Assembly: GCA_965116475.1 (NCBI GenBank)
Contig: OZ220691.1
Coordinates: 3,328,001-3,392,000 of the forward strand
From: Gemmatimonadota bacterium
Lineage (GTDB): Bacteria; Gemmatimonadota; Gemmatimonadetes; Palauibacterales; Palauibacteraceae
Reading direction: 5' to 3'
DNA length: 64,000 bases
The position numbers and the translations under genes were made by a program. Shown here piece by piece: positions 9,398 through 21,359 of the stretch. Below the pieces are notes generated by a model that was not told where the DNA came from, searched no databases, and saw only the letters and a program-made list of their open reading frames with translations. Every line of letters begins with the position of its first letter. Positions within the stretch are counted from its first letter, which is position 1.

Positions 9398-12300
9398 GTG
9401 AACGCCGTGTCCGAAGGCCGAAGCAAGCGCGTCGCACAGATTCGGGAGGCGCTCGAACGGCGCATCCTCCTGATGGACGGCGGCTCGGGAACGATGATCC
9501 AGCGGCTGGGCCTCGATGAGGCGGCCTATCGCGCGGGTCCGCTCGCGGATCATCCGCAGCCCCTGTCCGGGAACCACGATGTGCTGTGCCTCACCCGCCC
9601 GCGCGAGATCGCGTCCCTCTACCGCTCCTACCTGGAGGCGGGGGCCGACTTCATCACGACGAACACGTTCAACGCCCAGGCCATCTCCCAGGCGGACTAC
9701 GGCATCTCCGCCGAGGCGGGTAACGCCCACCTCATCCACGACATCAACGCCGCGGCGGCACGGCTCGCCCGGCACGAGGCCGACGAGGTGACGCGGGCGG
9801 ATCCCTCGCGGCCGCGCTTCGTGCTCGGGAGCATGGGGCCGACCAACCGGACGGCCTCTCTGTCGCCGGACGTCGAGAACCCCGCGTTTCGCGCCGTTTC
9901 CTTCGATGAACTCGCGCGCGCGTATCGGCAGCAGGCGGAGGGACTCGTCGAGGGCGGCGCCGACGTGCTGCTCATCGAGACCGTGTTCGACACGCTCAAC
10001 GCGAAGGCGGCGATCTTCGCCATCCTCGAACTCGAGGAGGATCTCGGCGAGCCGCTGCCGGTCGCGGTCTCCGGCACGATCACCGACCTCTCCGGGCGCA
10101 CGCTGTCGGGTCAGACCGTGGAGGCGTTCTGGCTCTCGGTTCAGCATGCGGACCCCCTCTTCGTCGGTCTCAACTGCGCGCTCGGCGCCGAGGAACTCGA
10201 GCCCTACGTGGCGGAACTCTCCGCCGTGGCCGATGTCCCCGTGAGCTGCCACCCCAACGCGGGCCTCCCGAACGAGTTCGGGGGTTACGACGACACGCCC
10301 GCCCACATGTCCGACCTGCTGGGGGACTTCGCGGACCGTAGGCTCCTGAATCTCGTCGGCGGCTGCTGCGGAACGGAGCCCGACCACATCCGGGCCATCG
10401 CGGAGCGCATGGAAGGCGTGCCGCCGCGACAGGTTTCCGCGATCGAGCCGCTGCCCCGGTTCGCGGGCATCGAGCCGCTCGCGATCCGGCCGGACACGCT
10501 GTTCGTGAACATCGGCGAGCGCACGAACGTCACGGGCTCGGCCCGCTTCGCGCGTCTGATCCGGGAGGATGATTTCGACACGGCGGTCGAGGTCGCGCGC
10601 GACCAGGTCGCGAACGGGGCGCAGCTTCTCGACGTGAACATGGACGAAGGCCTCCTCGACTCCGAGGCCGCCATGACCCGTTTCCTGAACCTGATCGCGG
10701 CGGAACCCGACATCGCCCGCGTCCCGACCGTCATCGACTCGTCACGCTGGGAAGTCATCGAGGCGGGGCTGAAGTGTACGCAGGGGAGGGCCGTCGTGAA
10801 CTCGATCTCCCTCAAGGAGGGGGAGGAGGCGTTTCTCGCGCAGGCGGCCCTCATCCGCCGCTACGGCGCCGGCGTCATCGTCATGGCCTTCGACGAGCGG
10901 GGGCAGGCGGACACGGTGGACCGCAAGCTCGAGATCTGCGCCCGCGCCTACCGCCTCCTGCTCGGCGCCGGCTTCCGGCCCGGAGAGATCATCTTCGATC
11001 CCAACGTCTTCGCCGTGGGGACGGGAATCGCGGAACACGACGGGTACGGGGTCGCCTTCATCGAGGCCGTGCGCCGGATCAAGCGCGAACTCCCCGGCGC
11101 GATGACGAGCGGCGGGATCAGCAACATCTCCTTCTCCTATCGGGGTAATGACGCCGTGCGGGAGGCGATGCACACGGCCTTCCTGTACCACGCGATCGCG
11201 GCCGGACTCGACATGGGGATCGTGAACGCGGGGCGGCTGCCGCTCTACGACGACATCGACCCGGAACTGCTGGAAGCGGTGGAGGATGTCCTGCTCGCCC
11301 GCCGGCCCGACGCGACGGAGCGGCTGACGGACCTGGCGGGCCGGATCCGGGACGAGGGGATCGAGACGCGGGTGGACGATGCGTGGCGCTCGGAGGGCGT
11401 CGAGGCGCGGCTCGAGCACGCGCTCGTGGAAGGGATCGTCGAGCACATCGAGGAAGACGCCGAGGAGGCCCGGCTCCTGTACGGCAGGGCGCTCGAGGTC
11501 ATCGAGGGCCCGCTCATGGCCGGCATGAACCGGGTCGGCGATCTGTTCGGGAGCGGGCGCATGTTCCTGCCGCAGGTCGTGAAGTCGGCGCGCGTGATGA
11601 AGCGGGCCGTCGCCTTCCTCGTCCCCCACCTGGAGGCCGAGAAGGCGGAGAAGGCAGAGGGAAACGCGGCGGGAAAGGCCGCGGGGAAGGGGACGATTCT
11701 CCTCGCGACCGTGAAGGGGGATGTCCACGACATCGGGAAGAACATCGTCGGCGTCGTGCTGCAGTGTAACGGCTACGACACCGTGGACCTCGGCGTCATG
11801 GTGCCCCCGGACCGCATCCTCGCGGAGGCCCGGGCCCACGGCGCCGACGCGATCGGGCTCAGCGGCCTGATCACGCCGTCGCTGGACGAGATGGTGCGCG
11901 TGGCGAGCGAGATGGAACGGCAGGCGTTCGAGGTGCCGCTGCTCATCGGGGGCGCGACGACATCGCGCAAGCACACGGCGGTCAAGATCGAGGAACGGTA
12001 CTCGGGGGCGACCGTGCACGTGCTCGATGCCTCGCGCGCGGTCGGGGTCGTGGGGAAGCTCCTCGGCGACGACGGCGGGGCGGACTTCGTGGAGCGGACG
12101 CGCGCCGAGTACCGGCGCGTGCGCGAGGAGTACCGGGGCGGGAGGCGCCCGCTCGCGACGCTGGAGAAGGCGCGGGCGAACCGGCTCGGGATCGACGCGA
12201 CCTTGCCGGTGCCGGCCCCGCGTCGACCCGGCGTGCACGTGTACGATCCGTTCCCGCTGGAAGACCTGGTCGATTACATTGACTGGACGCCCTTCTTCCG

Positions 12301-13195
12301 GACCTGGGAGATGAAGGGACGCTTCCCCCAGTTGCTCGATCATCCGGAGCGGGGGAAAGCGGCCCGGTCCCTGTACGACGATGCCCGCGGGCTGCTCGAA
12401 GAGATCATCCGCGACGGATCTCTGACGGCCCGCGCGATCGCGGGACTGTATCCGGCGAACGCGCGCGGGGACGACATCGTCCTCTTCGCGCCGGGGGCTG
12501 GGGCGCCGGAGGCTGGGGCGCCGGAGGCTGGGGCGTCGGAGGCTGAGCGTCGCGAGTTGCTGCGCGTGCCCCACCTCCGCCAGCAGATGGACCGTTCCTC
12601 GGGCGCGAACGTCAGTCTGGCCGACTTCGTCCTGCCCGAGGCGGCGGGCGCCACCGACTGGAGCGGCGCCTTCGCCGTGACGGCCGGGATCGGCCTGGAA
12701 GCGCTCTGCGCCCGCTTCGAGGCCGCCGTCGACGACTACCGGAGCCTGCTCGCGAAGTCGCTCGCCGACCGGCTGGCGGAGGCCCTGGCCGAGCGCCTGC
12801 ACGAGATCGTCCGCACCGACCTGTGGGGCTATGCGCCCGACGAGGCGCTCGACAACGACGCGCGGATCGCCGAGCGCTACGCCGGGATCCGTCCGGCGCC
12901 CGGCTATCCGGCGTGTCCCGACCACTCGCAGAAGGCGCTCCTCTTCGACCTGCTCGACGTCGAGCGTCGTCTCGGCATCCGCCTCACGGAGAACTACGCC
13001 ATGCATCCCGCCGCGTCGGTGTCCGGCTGGTACTTCGCGCGGCCGGAAGCCCGCTACTTCGGTCTGGGGCGGATCGGACTCGACCAGGTGGAGGACTACG
13101 CCGCGCGCAGCGGAATCTCCCTCGCCGCGGCGGAGCGCCGCCTCTCGCCCAACCTGGGATACGACCCGGATCCGGTGCTGGAGGCGACGGCGTGA
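9398..13195 (+). CDS. metH: Cobalamin-dependent methionine synthase
   Basis: GLNC and GGCCG Hcy domain, GERTNVTGS pterin domain, [10 protein letters not shown]12 motif, [12 protein letters not shown] reactivation domain. Confidence 0.97.
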   Translation: MNAVSEGRSKRVAQIREALERRILLMDGGSGTMIQRLGLDEAAYRAGPLADHPQPLSGNHDVLCLTRPREIASLYRSYLEAGADFITTNTFNAQAISQADYGISAEAGNAHLIHDINAAAARLARHEADEVTRADPSRPRFVLGSMGPTNRTASLSPDVENPAFRAVSFDELARAYRQQAEGLVEGGADVLLIETVFDTLNAKAAIFAILELEEDLGEPLPVAVSGTITDLSGRTLSGQTVEAFWLSVQHADPLFVGLNCALGAEELEPYVAELSAVADVPVSCHPNAGLPNEFGGYDDTPAHMSDLLGDFADRRLLNLVGGCCGTEPDHIRAIAERMEGVPPRQVSAIEPLPRFAGIEPLAIRPDTLFVNIGERTNVTGSARFARLIREDDFDTAVEVARDQVANGAQLLDVNMDEGLLDSEAAMTRFLNLIAAEPDIARVPTVIDSSRWEVIEAGLKCTQGRAVVNSISLKEGEEAFLAQAALIRRYGAGVIVMAFDERGQADTVDRKLEICARAYRLLLGAGFRPGEIIFDPNVFAVGTGIAEHDGYGVAFIEAVRRIKRELPGAMTSGGISNISFSYRGNDAVREAMHTAFLYHAIAAGLDMGIVNAGRLPLYDDIDPELLEAVEDVLLARRPDATERLTDLAGRIRDEGIETRVDDAWRSEGVEARLEHALVEGIVEHIEEDAEEARLLYGRALEVIEGPLMAGMNRVGDLFGSGRMFLPQVVKSARVMKRAVAFLVPHLEAEKAEKAEGNAAGKAAGKGTILLATVKGDVHDIGKNIVGVVLQCNGYDTVDLGVMVPPDRILAEARAHGADAIGLSGLITPSLDEMVRVASEMERQAFEVPLLIGGATTSRKHTAVKIEERYSGATVHVLDASRAVGVVGKLLGDDGGADFVERTRAEYRRVREEYRGGRRPLATLEKARANRLGIDATLPVPAPRRPGVHVYDPFPLEDLVDYIDWTPFFRTWEMKGRFPQLLDHPERGKAARSLYDDARGLLEEIIRDGSLTARAIAGLYPANARGDDIVLFAPGAGAPEAGAPEAGASEAERRELLRVPHLRQQMDRSSGANVSLADFVLPEAAGATDWSGAFAVTAGIGLEALCARFEAAVDDYRSLLAKSLADRLAEALAERLHEIVRTDLWGYAPDEALDNDARIAERYAGIRPAPGYPACPDHSQKALLFDLLDVERRLGIRLTENYAMHPAASVSGWYFARPEARYFGLGRIGLDQVEDYAARSGISLAAAERRLSPNLGYDPDPVLEATA
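12488..12547 (+). repeat. In-frame 15-bp tandem repeat x4 within metH
   Basis: GCGCCGGAGGCTGGG units encoding [20 protein letters not shown]. Confidence 0.9.
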
Positions 13196-15036
13196 GCGCG
13201 CGGCTGCGGGAGTGGATCGAGGGGGACGGCATCCACCTCATCGATGGCGCCATGGGGACGGTGCTGTACGAGAGCGGCGTGTTCGTGAACCAGTGCTACG
13301 ACGAACTGAACCTCACGGAGCCCGACCGGGTGCTGGGCGTCCACGCCGACTATGTGCGGGCGGGGGCGCAACTCATCGAGACCAACACCTTCGGCGCGAA
13401 CCCCGTCAAGCTCGAGCCGTTCGGCCTCGAACCCTCCGTTCACGAGATCAACGTGGCGGCCGCGCGCCTGGCCCGGCAGGCCGCCGGCGGGCGCGCCGAG
13501 GTGCTCGGGGCCATGGGCCCGCTCGGCATCCGCATCGAACCCTGGGGCCCCACGTCGGTGGACGAGGCCGCGGACCTCTTCGGGCGACAGGTCGCCGGGC
13601 TCGCCGAAGGCGGCGTCGACGGCTTCATGCTCGAGACCTTCTCCGATCTCGACGAGCTGCTGCAGGCGGTGCGGGCGGTGCGGAGGGTCGCGGGGGAGGC
13701 GCCGGTCTTCGCGCAGATGACGTTCGGAGACGCGGGCCACACGGAGTACGGGGCCACGATCGAGGCCGCGGCGGCGGCGCTGGAGCGGGCGGGGGCGGAC
13801 GTCATCGGCCTCAACTGCTCGGTCGGCCCGTCCTCCATGCTGTTCGGTGTCGAGCGCATGGTGGCGGCCACGTCGCGGCCGGTGTCCGCGCTGCCCAACG
13901 CGGGGTTGCCGCGCGACATCGGCGACCGGAAGATCTATCTCGCGAGTCCGGAGTACATGGCCCGGTACGCCCGGCGCATGGCGGCGGCGGGCGCCCGCTT
14001 CCTGGGCGGGTGCTGCGGCACGTCGCCCGACCACACGCGCCTGACGGCGAACCTGCTCGGAACCGACGGCCCCGGGCCCGCCCGCGTGTCTGTCTCTGTC
14101 CCGGGCGAGACCGACGGCCGCGCGGCGACCGAGCCGCCGCCGCTGGCGGGCCGCTCGGAGCTCGGGCGGCGCCTCGCGCGCGGCGAGTTCGTCGGCGCGG
14201 TGGAGTTGACGCCGCCGCACGGGTGGGACCCCGGCGAACTGCTGGCGGGGGCCGGCCGCCTCCACGACGCCGGCGTGCACACGGTCCACATCGTCGACGG
14301 CCCCGCGCACCGGAGCCGCATCGCCTCGCTCCCGGCCGCGATCGTCATCGAACGCGAACTCGGCATGGAAGCGGTCCCGCACTACAGCTGTCGCGACCGC
14401 AACATGCTCGGCATGCTGAGCGACCTCCTCGGCGCCGCCGCGGCCGGCCTGCGCAACGTCTTCCTCATCACCGGAGATCCGCCGCGCGGCGGCCCCTACG
14501 ACACCGGCGGCGTGTACGACATCGACAGCATCGGACTCACCAACGTCGTCCAGCAGCTCAACCTCGGTCTCGACCCGGGGGGAAGCTCGATCGGCGCGCC
14601 GACCTCGTTCGTGAAGGGCGTCGCCGCGAATCCCGGCGCCGTCGATCCGGAGGAGGAGATCCGGCGCTTCGCCTGGAAGGCCGAGGCGGGCGCGGATTTC
14701 GCCGTCACGCAGCCCATCTTCGACCCGGAGAAGTTCCTCGCCTTCGCACGCGAGGTCGAGGACTTCGGCGTGCCGCTCCTCGTGGGCCTGTGGCCCCCGC
14801 TGTCACTGGAGAACGCGGAGTTCCTGGCGCACGAGGTGCCCGGCGTCGACGTGCCGCTCGAGGTGCTGGAGCGAATGGCGCGCGCCCGGCCGCGTGGCGC
14901 CGCAGCGGCCGCGCGGGAGGGGGTCGCCGTGGCTCGCGAGGTACTGGAAGCCGTGCGGCCCCGCATCGCGGGTGCCCTGGTCAGCACGCCCGGAAACGAT
15001 GTCGACCGCGCCGCCGCGGTGCTACGCGATCCCTGA
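13192..15036 (+). CDS. Bifunctional homocysteine S-methyltransferase / methylenetetrahydrofolate reductase (YitJ-like)
   Basis: DGAMGT, GLNC, GGCCG, then MTHFR domain ([21 protein letters not shown]); GTG overlaps the metH stop. Confidence 0.92.
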   Translation: MSARLREWIEGDGIHLIDGAMGTVLYESGVFVNQCYDELNLTEPDRVLGVHADYVRAGAQLIETNTFGANPVKLEPFGLEPSVHEINVAAARLARQAAGGRAEVLGAMGPLGIRIEPWGPTSVDEAADLFGRQVAGLAEGGVDGFMLETFSDLDELLQAVRAVRRVAGEAPVFAQMTFGDAGHTEYGATIEAAAAALERAGADVIGLNCSVGPSSMLFGVERMVAATSRPVSALPNAGLPRDIGDRKIYLASPEYMARYARRMAAAGARFLGGCCGTSPDHTRLTANLLGTDGPGPARVSVSVPGETDGRAATEPPPLAGRSELGRRLARGEFVGAVELTPPHGWDPGELLAGAGRLHDAGVHTVHIVDGPAHRSRIASLPAAIVIERELGMEAVPHYSCRDRNMLGMLSDLLGAAAAGLRNVFLITGDPPRGGPYDTGGVYDIDSIGLTNVVQQLNLGLDPGGSSIGAPTSFVKGVAANPGAVDPEEEIRRFAWKAEAGADFAVTQPIFDPEKFLAFAREVEDFGVPLLVGLWPPLSLENAEFLAHEVPGVDVPLEVLERMARARPRGAAAAAREGVAVAREVLEAVRPRIAGALVSTPGNDVDRAAAVLRDP

Positions 15037-15039
15037 TTA

Positions 15040-17334
15040 TCAGCCGCTGAGGTTGGCCAGCTTCGCGCGCGCGTCGCGGACGGGTTCGAACGCTTCGTCG
15101 GCGGGTTCCCAGGCAGAGAGGGCGCTCCTCACGTGGTCCACCGCCCCCGACATGTCGCCGCGCGCCTCAAGGACGCGCGCCATCTCCAAGTGGGCGCGCG
15201 GATCCGCGGGACGCAGGCGAAGTGCTTCCCTCAGCTCCGCTTCGGCTTCCTCGAGCCGCCCCGCCTTTCGGAGCGCGGATCCGGCCTGGCGGTGCATGTT
15301 CCGGTCGCCATCCAGGGCCATCGATTCCCGGTAGTTGAGGACGGCCGATTCGTAGTCGCCGGCGAGTTCGTCGATCCGGCCCAGATCGCCGATCAGCCTG
15401 GCGCGCTGCACCCCGATGTCCAGGGTCTCCATCGCCTCGAGAGCGGCGTCGTAGGCGACCCGGGCCCGGTTCACGTCTTCCGCGCCGAGCGCGACGTGAA
15501 TCCTGGAGTGGGGGATCGAGAAGTCGGCGAGGGGCGGCTGAAGCGTGGCTGCCAGTTCCTCGAACAGAGCCTCGGCGTCGTCCTGCCGCCCGGCTTCCAC
15601 GTAGAGGTCGACGAGTTCCAACCGATCCTCCGCCATCAGCGCGGGCGTCGTCACGGCACCGAGCGCCTCGAACCCGGCGACCGCCGTCCGGATCGCGTCT
15701 TCCATCTGCCCGCGGAAGCGGTAGTACGCGACCATCCCCTCCAGCGCCTCGGCCCGTTGCAGCGCGCTGCGCGCCAGGTCGAGCGCCCGCTCGTGTCCCG
15801 CCAGGGCCTCATCAAACCGCCCCACAACGAGATCGAGCGACGCGAGTTGACTCGCCAGTTCCGGTCGGACCGGTTCGATGATGATCGCCCGCTCCAGGTA
15901 TTCCCGAGCGGCATCGTGCGCCCCCCGACGCCGCTCGAGCCCGGCCAGGGCCACGTAGCCCGTGTGATCCTCCGGGAACCGTTCCAAGTATCGCGCGAGC
16001 GTCTCCCGCGCCTCGTCCTGCCTACCGAGTTCGAGTTGAGCGTCGGCGATCTGTCTGAGAAGCGAGTGCTCGGCGGGGCTCACTCGGTACAGCCTTTCCA
16101 GCGTCCGGATCAGCCCCTCGAGGTCGCCGCGCAGCAGTTGAACAAAGCTGTAGTTGCGGAGTGCGCTTGGATCTTCCGGATGAAGTTCGACCCACATCTC
16201 GACGACAGCCCACGCCTTCTCCGGCTGCTGCGTGAGGAAGTAGTAGTCAGATTTCACGGGGAAGTGGAAGCGTTCCGGAAGTCGGTACAGGTGGTCGACG
16301 GCCGCCTGGATCGCGGGAGCAGCCTCTGCGGGACGGTTGCTGGCCAGCAGCATGGCGGCGAGCTGGTGCTGAGCCAGCGTGAACGTCGGATCGAGTTCGG
16401 TCGCGGCGCGCACTTCCTCGATCGCGGCTCCCAGGTCCGGCGGCTCCACGAGTACCGCCGCCGTGCCTCGCCCATAGGCTTCCCATGCGGCGTCGGTCGC
16501 GGTCAGCCGCTCACGCACGGGGAGGTCTTCGACGCCGTCCCGATCCGGAATACCGAGACCCTCGGCGAGCGCGACGGACATCTCGTCGACGAGCGCCAGG
16601 ATATCCGGCCCCTGGTGCACCGTCTCGCTGATCTGCGCGCCGCTCCCCGTCTCGTGCAGGGTCAGCGTGATGCGGTAGCCTCCTTCGCCGCGCTCGATCC
16701 CGCCGCCGGCGATGAAGGCCGCGTACACCTCCTCCGAGACCTCGCGCTTGAGCGCCAGCGGTACGTCGAGCAGGCTGGGGAAGCCGCGTTCCCACAGGCG
16801 CGTGGCGAAAAGGGCGGCGGGAATCGGTTCGAAGAACTCGTCCGCGCTCAGGTCTACCTGCATGGCCATGGGGGCCATATAGGCGAGCCATGTTTCGGCC
16901 TCGTCCAGCCCGGGGCCGGTATCGAAGGGGAAGATGGCCGTCCGCTTCCGAAACTCGGCCTTCGGCATGACGCGCTCGAGGGTCTCTCCCTCCTCCGTCT
17001 CGACGGTCACGGACGTGGTCGCCGCCCCGAGGTCCCGTCCCCCGAAGACGAGCACGAGGACGACGAGCGCGACTGCCAGATTGGCGGGGATCCCGATCTT
17101 CTCGAGCAGCGGAACCTCGTTCCGCCCCTGCCGGCCGTGGAACCAGGCGAGCAGGAGCACGCTCGGGAAGAGGAGCAGCACCAGGAGCAGCGCCACGCGC
17201 GTCCAGTGCGGCGAGAGGAGGAATTCGTCGACCAGGAAGTTGACGACCTCCACGAATCCCCACGAGGCACCGGCGTAGATGGCGAGCACATGGGGAACGC
17301 GACGTTCGAAGAGGTCCTTCGCCAGACCCACCAT
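15040..17334 (-). CDS. Membrane-anchored TPR-repeat protein
   Basis: Three N-terminal hydrophobic segments (RRVPHVLAIY...LAWFHG), an alpha/beta middle region, many TPR-like repeats. Confidence 0.75.
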   Translation of the reverse strand: MVGLAKDLFERRVPHVLAIYAGASWGFVEVVNFLVDEFLLSPHWTRVALLLVLLLFPSVLLLAWFHGRQGRNEVPLLEKIGIPANLAVALVVLVLVFGGRDLGAATTSVTVETEEGETLERVMPKAEFRKRTAIFPFDTGPGLDEAETWLAYMAPMAMQVDLSADEFFEPIPAALFATRLWERGFPSLLDVPLALKREVSEEVYAAFIAGGGIERGEGGYRITLTLHETGSGAQISETVHQGPDILALVDEMSVALAEGLGIPDRDGVEDLPVRERLTATDAAWEAYGRGTAAVLVEPPDLGAAIEEVRAATELDPTFTLAQHQLAAMLLASNRPAEAAPAIQAAVDHLYRLPERFHFPVKSDYYFLTQQPEKAWAVVEMWVELHPEDPSALRNYSFVQLLRGDLEGLIRTLERLYRVSPAEHSLLRQIADAQLELGRQDEARETLARYLERFPEDHTGYVALAGLERRRGAHDAAREYLERAIIIEPVRPELASQLASLDLVVGRFDEALAGHERALDLARSALQRAEALEGMVAYYRFRGQMEDAIRTAVAGFEALGAVTTPALMAEDRLELVDLYVEAGRQDDAEALFEELAATLQPPLADFSIPHSRIHVALGAEDVNRARVAYDAALEAMETLDIGVQRARLIGDLGRIDELAGDYESAVLNYRESMALDGDRNMHRQAGSALRKAGRLEEAEAELREALRLRPADPRAHLEMARVLEARGDMSGAVDHVRSALSAWEPADEAFEPVRDARAKLANLSG

Positions 17335-17541
17335 GGACAGTCTCCTCGCGGAGGATACTCGGCCGGGAGCTGCCGTCCGAGGTTCTGCAGTTTGTGTACT
17401 CGATCGGTGGCACGCAAACTTGCGGCGCCCCCGACCTTCGGAGGCCTCGGTATGCCCTGCGGTTGGACAGGGGAACGGAATGGATATGCTGCCTGAAGTA
17501 CGTCCGCTGGCGGCGCGCCGCGTGCCCGGGCTGGCGGCGTC

Positions 17542-18933
17542 GTGAACCGGCCGTCGCTTCAAGAGATCGCGGCGCAGGTGCGGCGCGGCGAAGGGTGCGC
17601 GGGCCGCGAGGCGGACGACGCGATCCGTCGCCACGAGGCCAGCGATCTGGGCGCGTACGTCGCGTTCGACGCCGACGGGCTGATGCGGCAAGCGGACGCC
17701 ATCGACAGCGCCGCCGGCCGCGGCGAGGATCCGGGCCCTCTCGCCGGCGTCACGGTCTCCGTCAAGGACCTCTACGCGCTCGACGGAACCCCGCTGTACG
17801 CCGGCACGAAGCGGGCGCTCCCCGCTTGGCCCGAAGGGTTCCTCGTGAGGTCGCTGCGCCGGCTGGGGGCGGTATTCACCGGCAAGACCCACACGGTGGA
17901 GTTCGCCTTCGGCGCCGTGGGTCTCAACCCCAACACGGGGACGCCCGTCAATCCGTGGGACCCGGCCGAGCACCGGGCCCCCGGAGGCTCATCCGCCGGT
18001 GCCGGCGTGAGCCTATGGGAGGGTTCGGCGCGCATCGCCCTCGGCTCCGACACGGGTGGCTCCATCCGCATCCCAGCCTCGGCCACCGGCGTGGTCGGCA
18101 TGCGGCCGACGACCGGCCGGTGGCCGACCACGGGCGTCGTCCCCCTCAGCACGACGCTCGACACGGTCGGGTTGCTCACCCATACCGTGGAGGACCTTCG
18201 GCATGCCTTCCTCGCCCTCGACCCTCCGGCGAAATCCGACCGCGAGCCCGTGAGATCCCTGCCCGAGGGGATATCCGGACTACGGATCGGAGTCCCGGCA
18301 TCCCGGCTGTGGACCGACGCGGAGCCCGACATCGCGTCCGTCGTTCAGGGCGCGCTCGCCGAGCTCGAGGCCGCCGGTGCGACGCTCCTCGACGTCGACG
18401 TGCCCGAACTCGACGAAGCAGGGGAGCGCTACTTCGACGGCCGGATCGTGCAGCCGGAGTTCCTGGGGTTTCTGGAACGTGAACTGCCGGAGTGGATTCC
18501 GTTGCTGCACTCGATCATCGGCAAGCGGCTGGAGGCGGCGCGCGACGTGCGGGCGGTCGACTATCTGGCCGCCCTTGCCGCGCGCCGCCGCCTGTCGGCA
18601 CGGGCCCACGCCCGACTGACCGCGGGACGCGTGGACCTCCTGGCGACGCCCACCCTGCCGGTCGCCCCGCCGCCGCTGGCCGCCCTCGCCCGGCTCCATG
18701 CCTACCGGAAGGCCAACCGCGCCATGCTCTCCGGCACGTGCCCGGCCAGCATGCTCGACATGTGCGCGATCTCGCTCCCCGCCGGGCTGGACGGAGAAGG
18801 CATGCCCGTCGGCCTGCAGTTGATGGGACCCTCCGGCGCGGATCTCGAACTCCTGGCCCGAGCGGCCGCCGTGGAAACAGTCCTCGGGACGAACCGAACG
18901 CGGCTGGGAACGCCGCCGAGGCTCGCCCGATAA
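17542..18933 (+). CDS. Amidase signature family protein
   Basis: VKD, GGSSAG, GSDTGGSIRIPAS (Ser-cisSer-Lys triad). Confidence 0.9.
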   Translation: MNRPSLQEIAAQVRRGEGCAGREADDAIRRHEASDLGAYVAFDADGLMRQADAIDSAAGRGEDPGPLAGVTVSVKDLYALDGTPLYAGTKRALPAWPEGFLVRSLRRLGAVFTGKTHTVEFAFGAVGLNPNTGTPVNPWDPAEHRAPGGSSAGAGVSLWEGSARIALGSDTGGSIRIPASATGVVGMRPTTGRWPTTGVVPLSTTLDTVGLLTHTVEDLRHAFLALDPPAKSDREPVRSLPEGISGLRIGVPASRLWTDAEPDIASVVQGALAELEAAGATLLDVDVPELDEAGERYFDGRIVQPEFLGFLERELPEWIPLLHSIIGKRLEAARDVRAVDYLAALAARRRLSARAHARLTAGRVDLLATPTLPVAPPPLAALARLHAYRKANRAMLSGTCPASMLDMCAISLPAGLDGEGMPVGLQLMGPSGADLELLARAAAVETVLGTNRTRLGTPPRLAR

Positions 18934-18943
18934 CGAGCCGGGC

Positions 18944-19843
18944 CTATTGGGCGTGGAGTGGCGGCGCCTTGGGGTAGGACCCCAGGATCTTGAAGGACAA
19001 CGCGCGCTCCCTGATTCGGTCCAGAGCTTCCGCTACGAAGGGGTCGGTGCGGTGCCCCTCGAAATCGATGAGGAAGATGTACCGTCCGAGGCTGCTCTTC
19101 TCGGGGCGCGATTCGATCTTCAGCATGTTGATCCGCCGGTTCGCCAGCTCGCCGAGCGCCTGGTAGAGCGTGCCCGGACCGTCCGTCGCGAAGTCGAAGC
19201 AGATCGAGGTCTTGTCCCTCCCCGTCGGCGCGTGGTCCCTGGGCGCGAGCACGACGAAACGGGTGCTGTTCCCCGGGACGTCCTCGATGTGATCTTCGCG
19301 CACGAAGGCGTAGCGAACCCTGGCCGCCCACGCGCTCGATATGGCCGCCGTCCCCGGGCCGAAGACCCGCATGTCCTCCAGGGCCCTCACCGTGCTCAGC
19401 GAGGCCACGGTTTCCGCCTTCGGGAGTCTGCGCGCCAGATAGTCCCGGCACTGGGCGAGCGCCTGCGGGTGGGAGTAGACGACCCGTATTTCGTCGAAAT
19501 CGACGCCGCCCTCCGTCACCAGACTGTGGTGTATCGGAAGGATGACTTCATGCCGGATCCGGAGGTCCGTCCGGTGGACGAGGATGTCGGTCGTCAGCGT
19601 GACGGGGCCCTCCGTGCTGTTCTCCAGCGGGACGAGCGCCTCGTCGACCTTCTCCTCCTCCGCCGCGCGCACGACGCTCTCGATGTCCCCGAACGGCACG
19701 AGTTTCGCCCTCGGATCGTAACTCCGCACCGCCTGCTCGCTGAACGTCCCGGGAGGGCCGAGGTAGCCGACCCTGGTCCGTCCGCTCCCCATCCCCCACG
19801 TCCACTCCGCAAACTTCCGCGCACTACTCCGCATCGCGTTCAT
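18944..19843 (-). CDS. pheA: Prephenate dehydratase
   Basis: YLGPPGTFSE, PLENSTEG, SHPQALAQC, NSTRF, ACT domain KIESRP; start may be ATG 19792. Confidence 0.92.
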   Translation of the reverse strand: MNAMRSSARKFAEWTWGMGSGRTRVGYLGPPGTFSEQAVRSYDPRAKLVPFGDIESVVRAAEEEKVDEALVPLENSTEGPVTLTTDILVHRTDLRIRHEVILPIHHSLVTEGGVDFDEIRVVYSHPQALAQCRDYLARRLPKAETVASLSTVRALEDMRVFGPGTAAISSAWAARVRYAFVREDHIEDVPGNSTRFVVLAPRDHAPTGRDKTSICFDFATDGPGTLYQALGELANRRINMLKIESRPEKSSLGRYIFLIDFEGHRTDPFVAEALDRIRERALSFKILGSYPKAPPLHAQ

Positions 19844-19966
19844 TCGGCAAAGTACTCCGTCTGCACGCGTCGCGCGCCGCGAGGGTCGCGGAACTTCCGG
19901 TCCTCGCGGGACGTACGTCAAGACAACGGCTTTGACCCTGACCGCTCAGCTATTGGGATCCATGAC

Positions 19967-21193
19967 ATGATCTTGCGACCTGAACGGCTGCTGCTGACGC
20001 TCGGCGTGCTGGCGGCGGCTTGCGGTAAGGAGAACGCCGGCTCCAGCGCCACGTTGGTCGTCGATAGCGCCGGGGTCGCCATCGTGACGAACGATGCGCT
20101 GTATTCGAACCGGAGCTGCACGGTCAGCGACGAGCCGAGCTTCGCCGTGGGGGAGGTCTCCGGCGATGACCGGTATGAATTCTATGGTATTCGCGGTCTG
20201 GTACGACTCTCTGACGGCTCCGTGGCGGTGGCCGACCGAACGACATCGAGCGTCCGCGTTTTCAGCGCGACGGGAGAGTATGTCCGCTCAATGGGACGAC
20301 AGGGCGAGGGTCCCGGCGAGTTCCGCGACCCGTTTCTCATGTGGGCCCTCCCGGGGGACACGATCTGGGTGGGCAACCTGCGGCCGTGGTACTTCAACGT
20401 ATTCACGGCCGGAGGCGAGTTCGTTCGGACCGTCCGAATAAGCCCGGCATACGCGAATCCAAGCCGGGGCGGCGGGGTGCTGTCCAACGGCTCCTCGATC
20501 AACGTGCGCGTCGAAGGGGGAGGGGAAGATTATCGCACGCCCCAGGATGTCTTCGTTGACGCCCACACGCGGGATGGGGGGCTCGTCAGTACTCTGATGA
20601 TTCTCGAAGGACGCCGCTACGGTCCTCCGAGCGGTCCGATCAATCTGGTTCTCGACCCCCTCTTCGAAGCCGCGCCGTCCGTCGATGCAGGCGGTACGAC
20701 GATCGCCGTGGCCAGCGGCCGCGAGCCGGAGGTGCGGCTGCTGAACGAGGAGTTTCGGTTGCGGCGGATCGTTCGCTGGCTTGACGACGACCGGGACGTA
20801 ACCGCCGCGCACGCGAGCGCTTGGCGAGAGGATTTTCTGGAACGGCGGCGGCGGGAAGGGAGGGAACCAAGCCCCATCGCCGATCTCATGGCGAGCGAGG
20901 ATCGTCCCGTCGCCAACCGCTTCCCCGCATCGAGCGGAGTAACCGTCGGGCGGGACGGCCGCGTCTGGGTCGGCCGCTACCCGAAGCCACGGGAGTCGGC
21001 CGGCTGGATCGTATTCGAGGGAGATGGCGAGTTTCTCTGCCATTTGGAGTCGGTTCCCGGCCTGGAGGTCTGGGAGTTCGGCGCCGATTACCTCCTCGGA
21101 ACCCGCGAAGACGCGCTCGGGGTGGAGTCCGTCGCGATCTTCCCGTTTCAGTCTCCGGACGATTCCGACGCGGGGATCCCCAACGAGGACTGA
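19967..21193 (+). CDS. 6-bladed beta-propeller (NHL-like) lipoprotein
   Basis: Lipobox LAAAC, GRQGEGPGEF repeat, GRDGRVWV. Confidence 0.75.
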   Translation: MILRPERLLLTLGVLAAACGKENAGSSATLVVDSAGVAIVTNDALYSNRSCTVSDEPSFAVGEVSGDDRYEFYGIRGLVRLSDGSVAVADRTTSSVRVFSATGEYVRSMGRQGEGPGEFRDPFLMWALPGDTIWVGNLRPWYFNVFTAGGEFVRTVRISPAYANPSRGGGVLSNGSSINVRVEGGGEDYRTPQDVFVDAHTRDGGLVSTLMILEGRRYGPPSGPINLVLDPLFEAAPSVDAGGTTIAVASGREPEVRLLNEEFRLRRIVRWLDDDRDVTAAHASAWREDFLERRRREGREPSPIADLMASEDRPVANRFPASSGVTVGRDGRVWVGRYPKPRESAGWIVFEGDGEFLCHLESVPGLEVWEFGADYLLGTREDALGVESVAIFPFQSPDDSDAGIPNED

Positions 21194-21359
21194 CCATTCT
21201 TCCCGTCTCTGCGGAAGCTGTGGAGGGTGCCGAACCGGTCGGCGGCACGACTTGGGTGGGCAACCTGCGGCTGTGGTTGATCGTCTATGGGGCGATTGGG
21301 AGGGGAGTGGGTTCCCGTGAGGGGAGCGTGACTCGAACCGCAGGAAAGGTACCGTCACC

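Noticed and set aside
17408..17423. Sigma-54-like TGGCACG...TTGC upstream of the amidase
   Set aside because: GG-to-GC spacing is one base longer than the strict -24/-12 requirement.
20359..21277. DGR template/variable repeat interpretation of the 32-bp duplicate
   Set aside because: Too short, mismatches are not adenine-specific, and there is no reverse transcriptase in the window.
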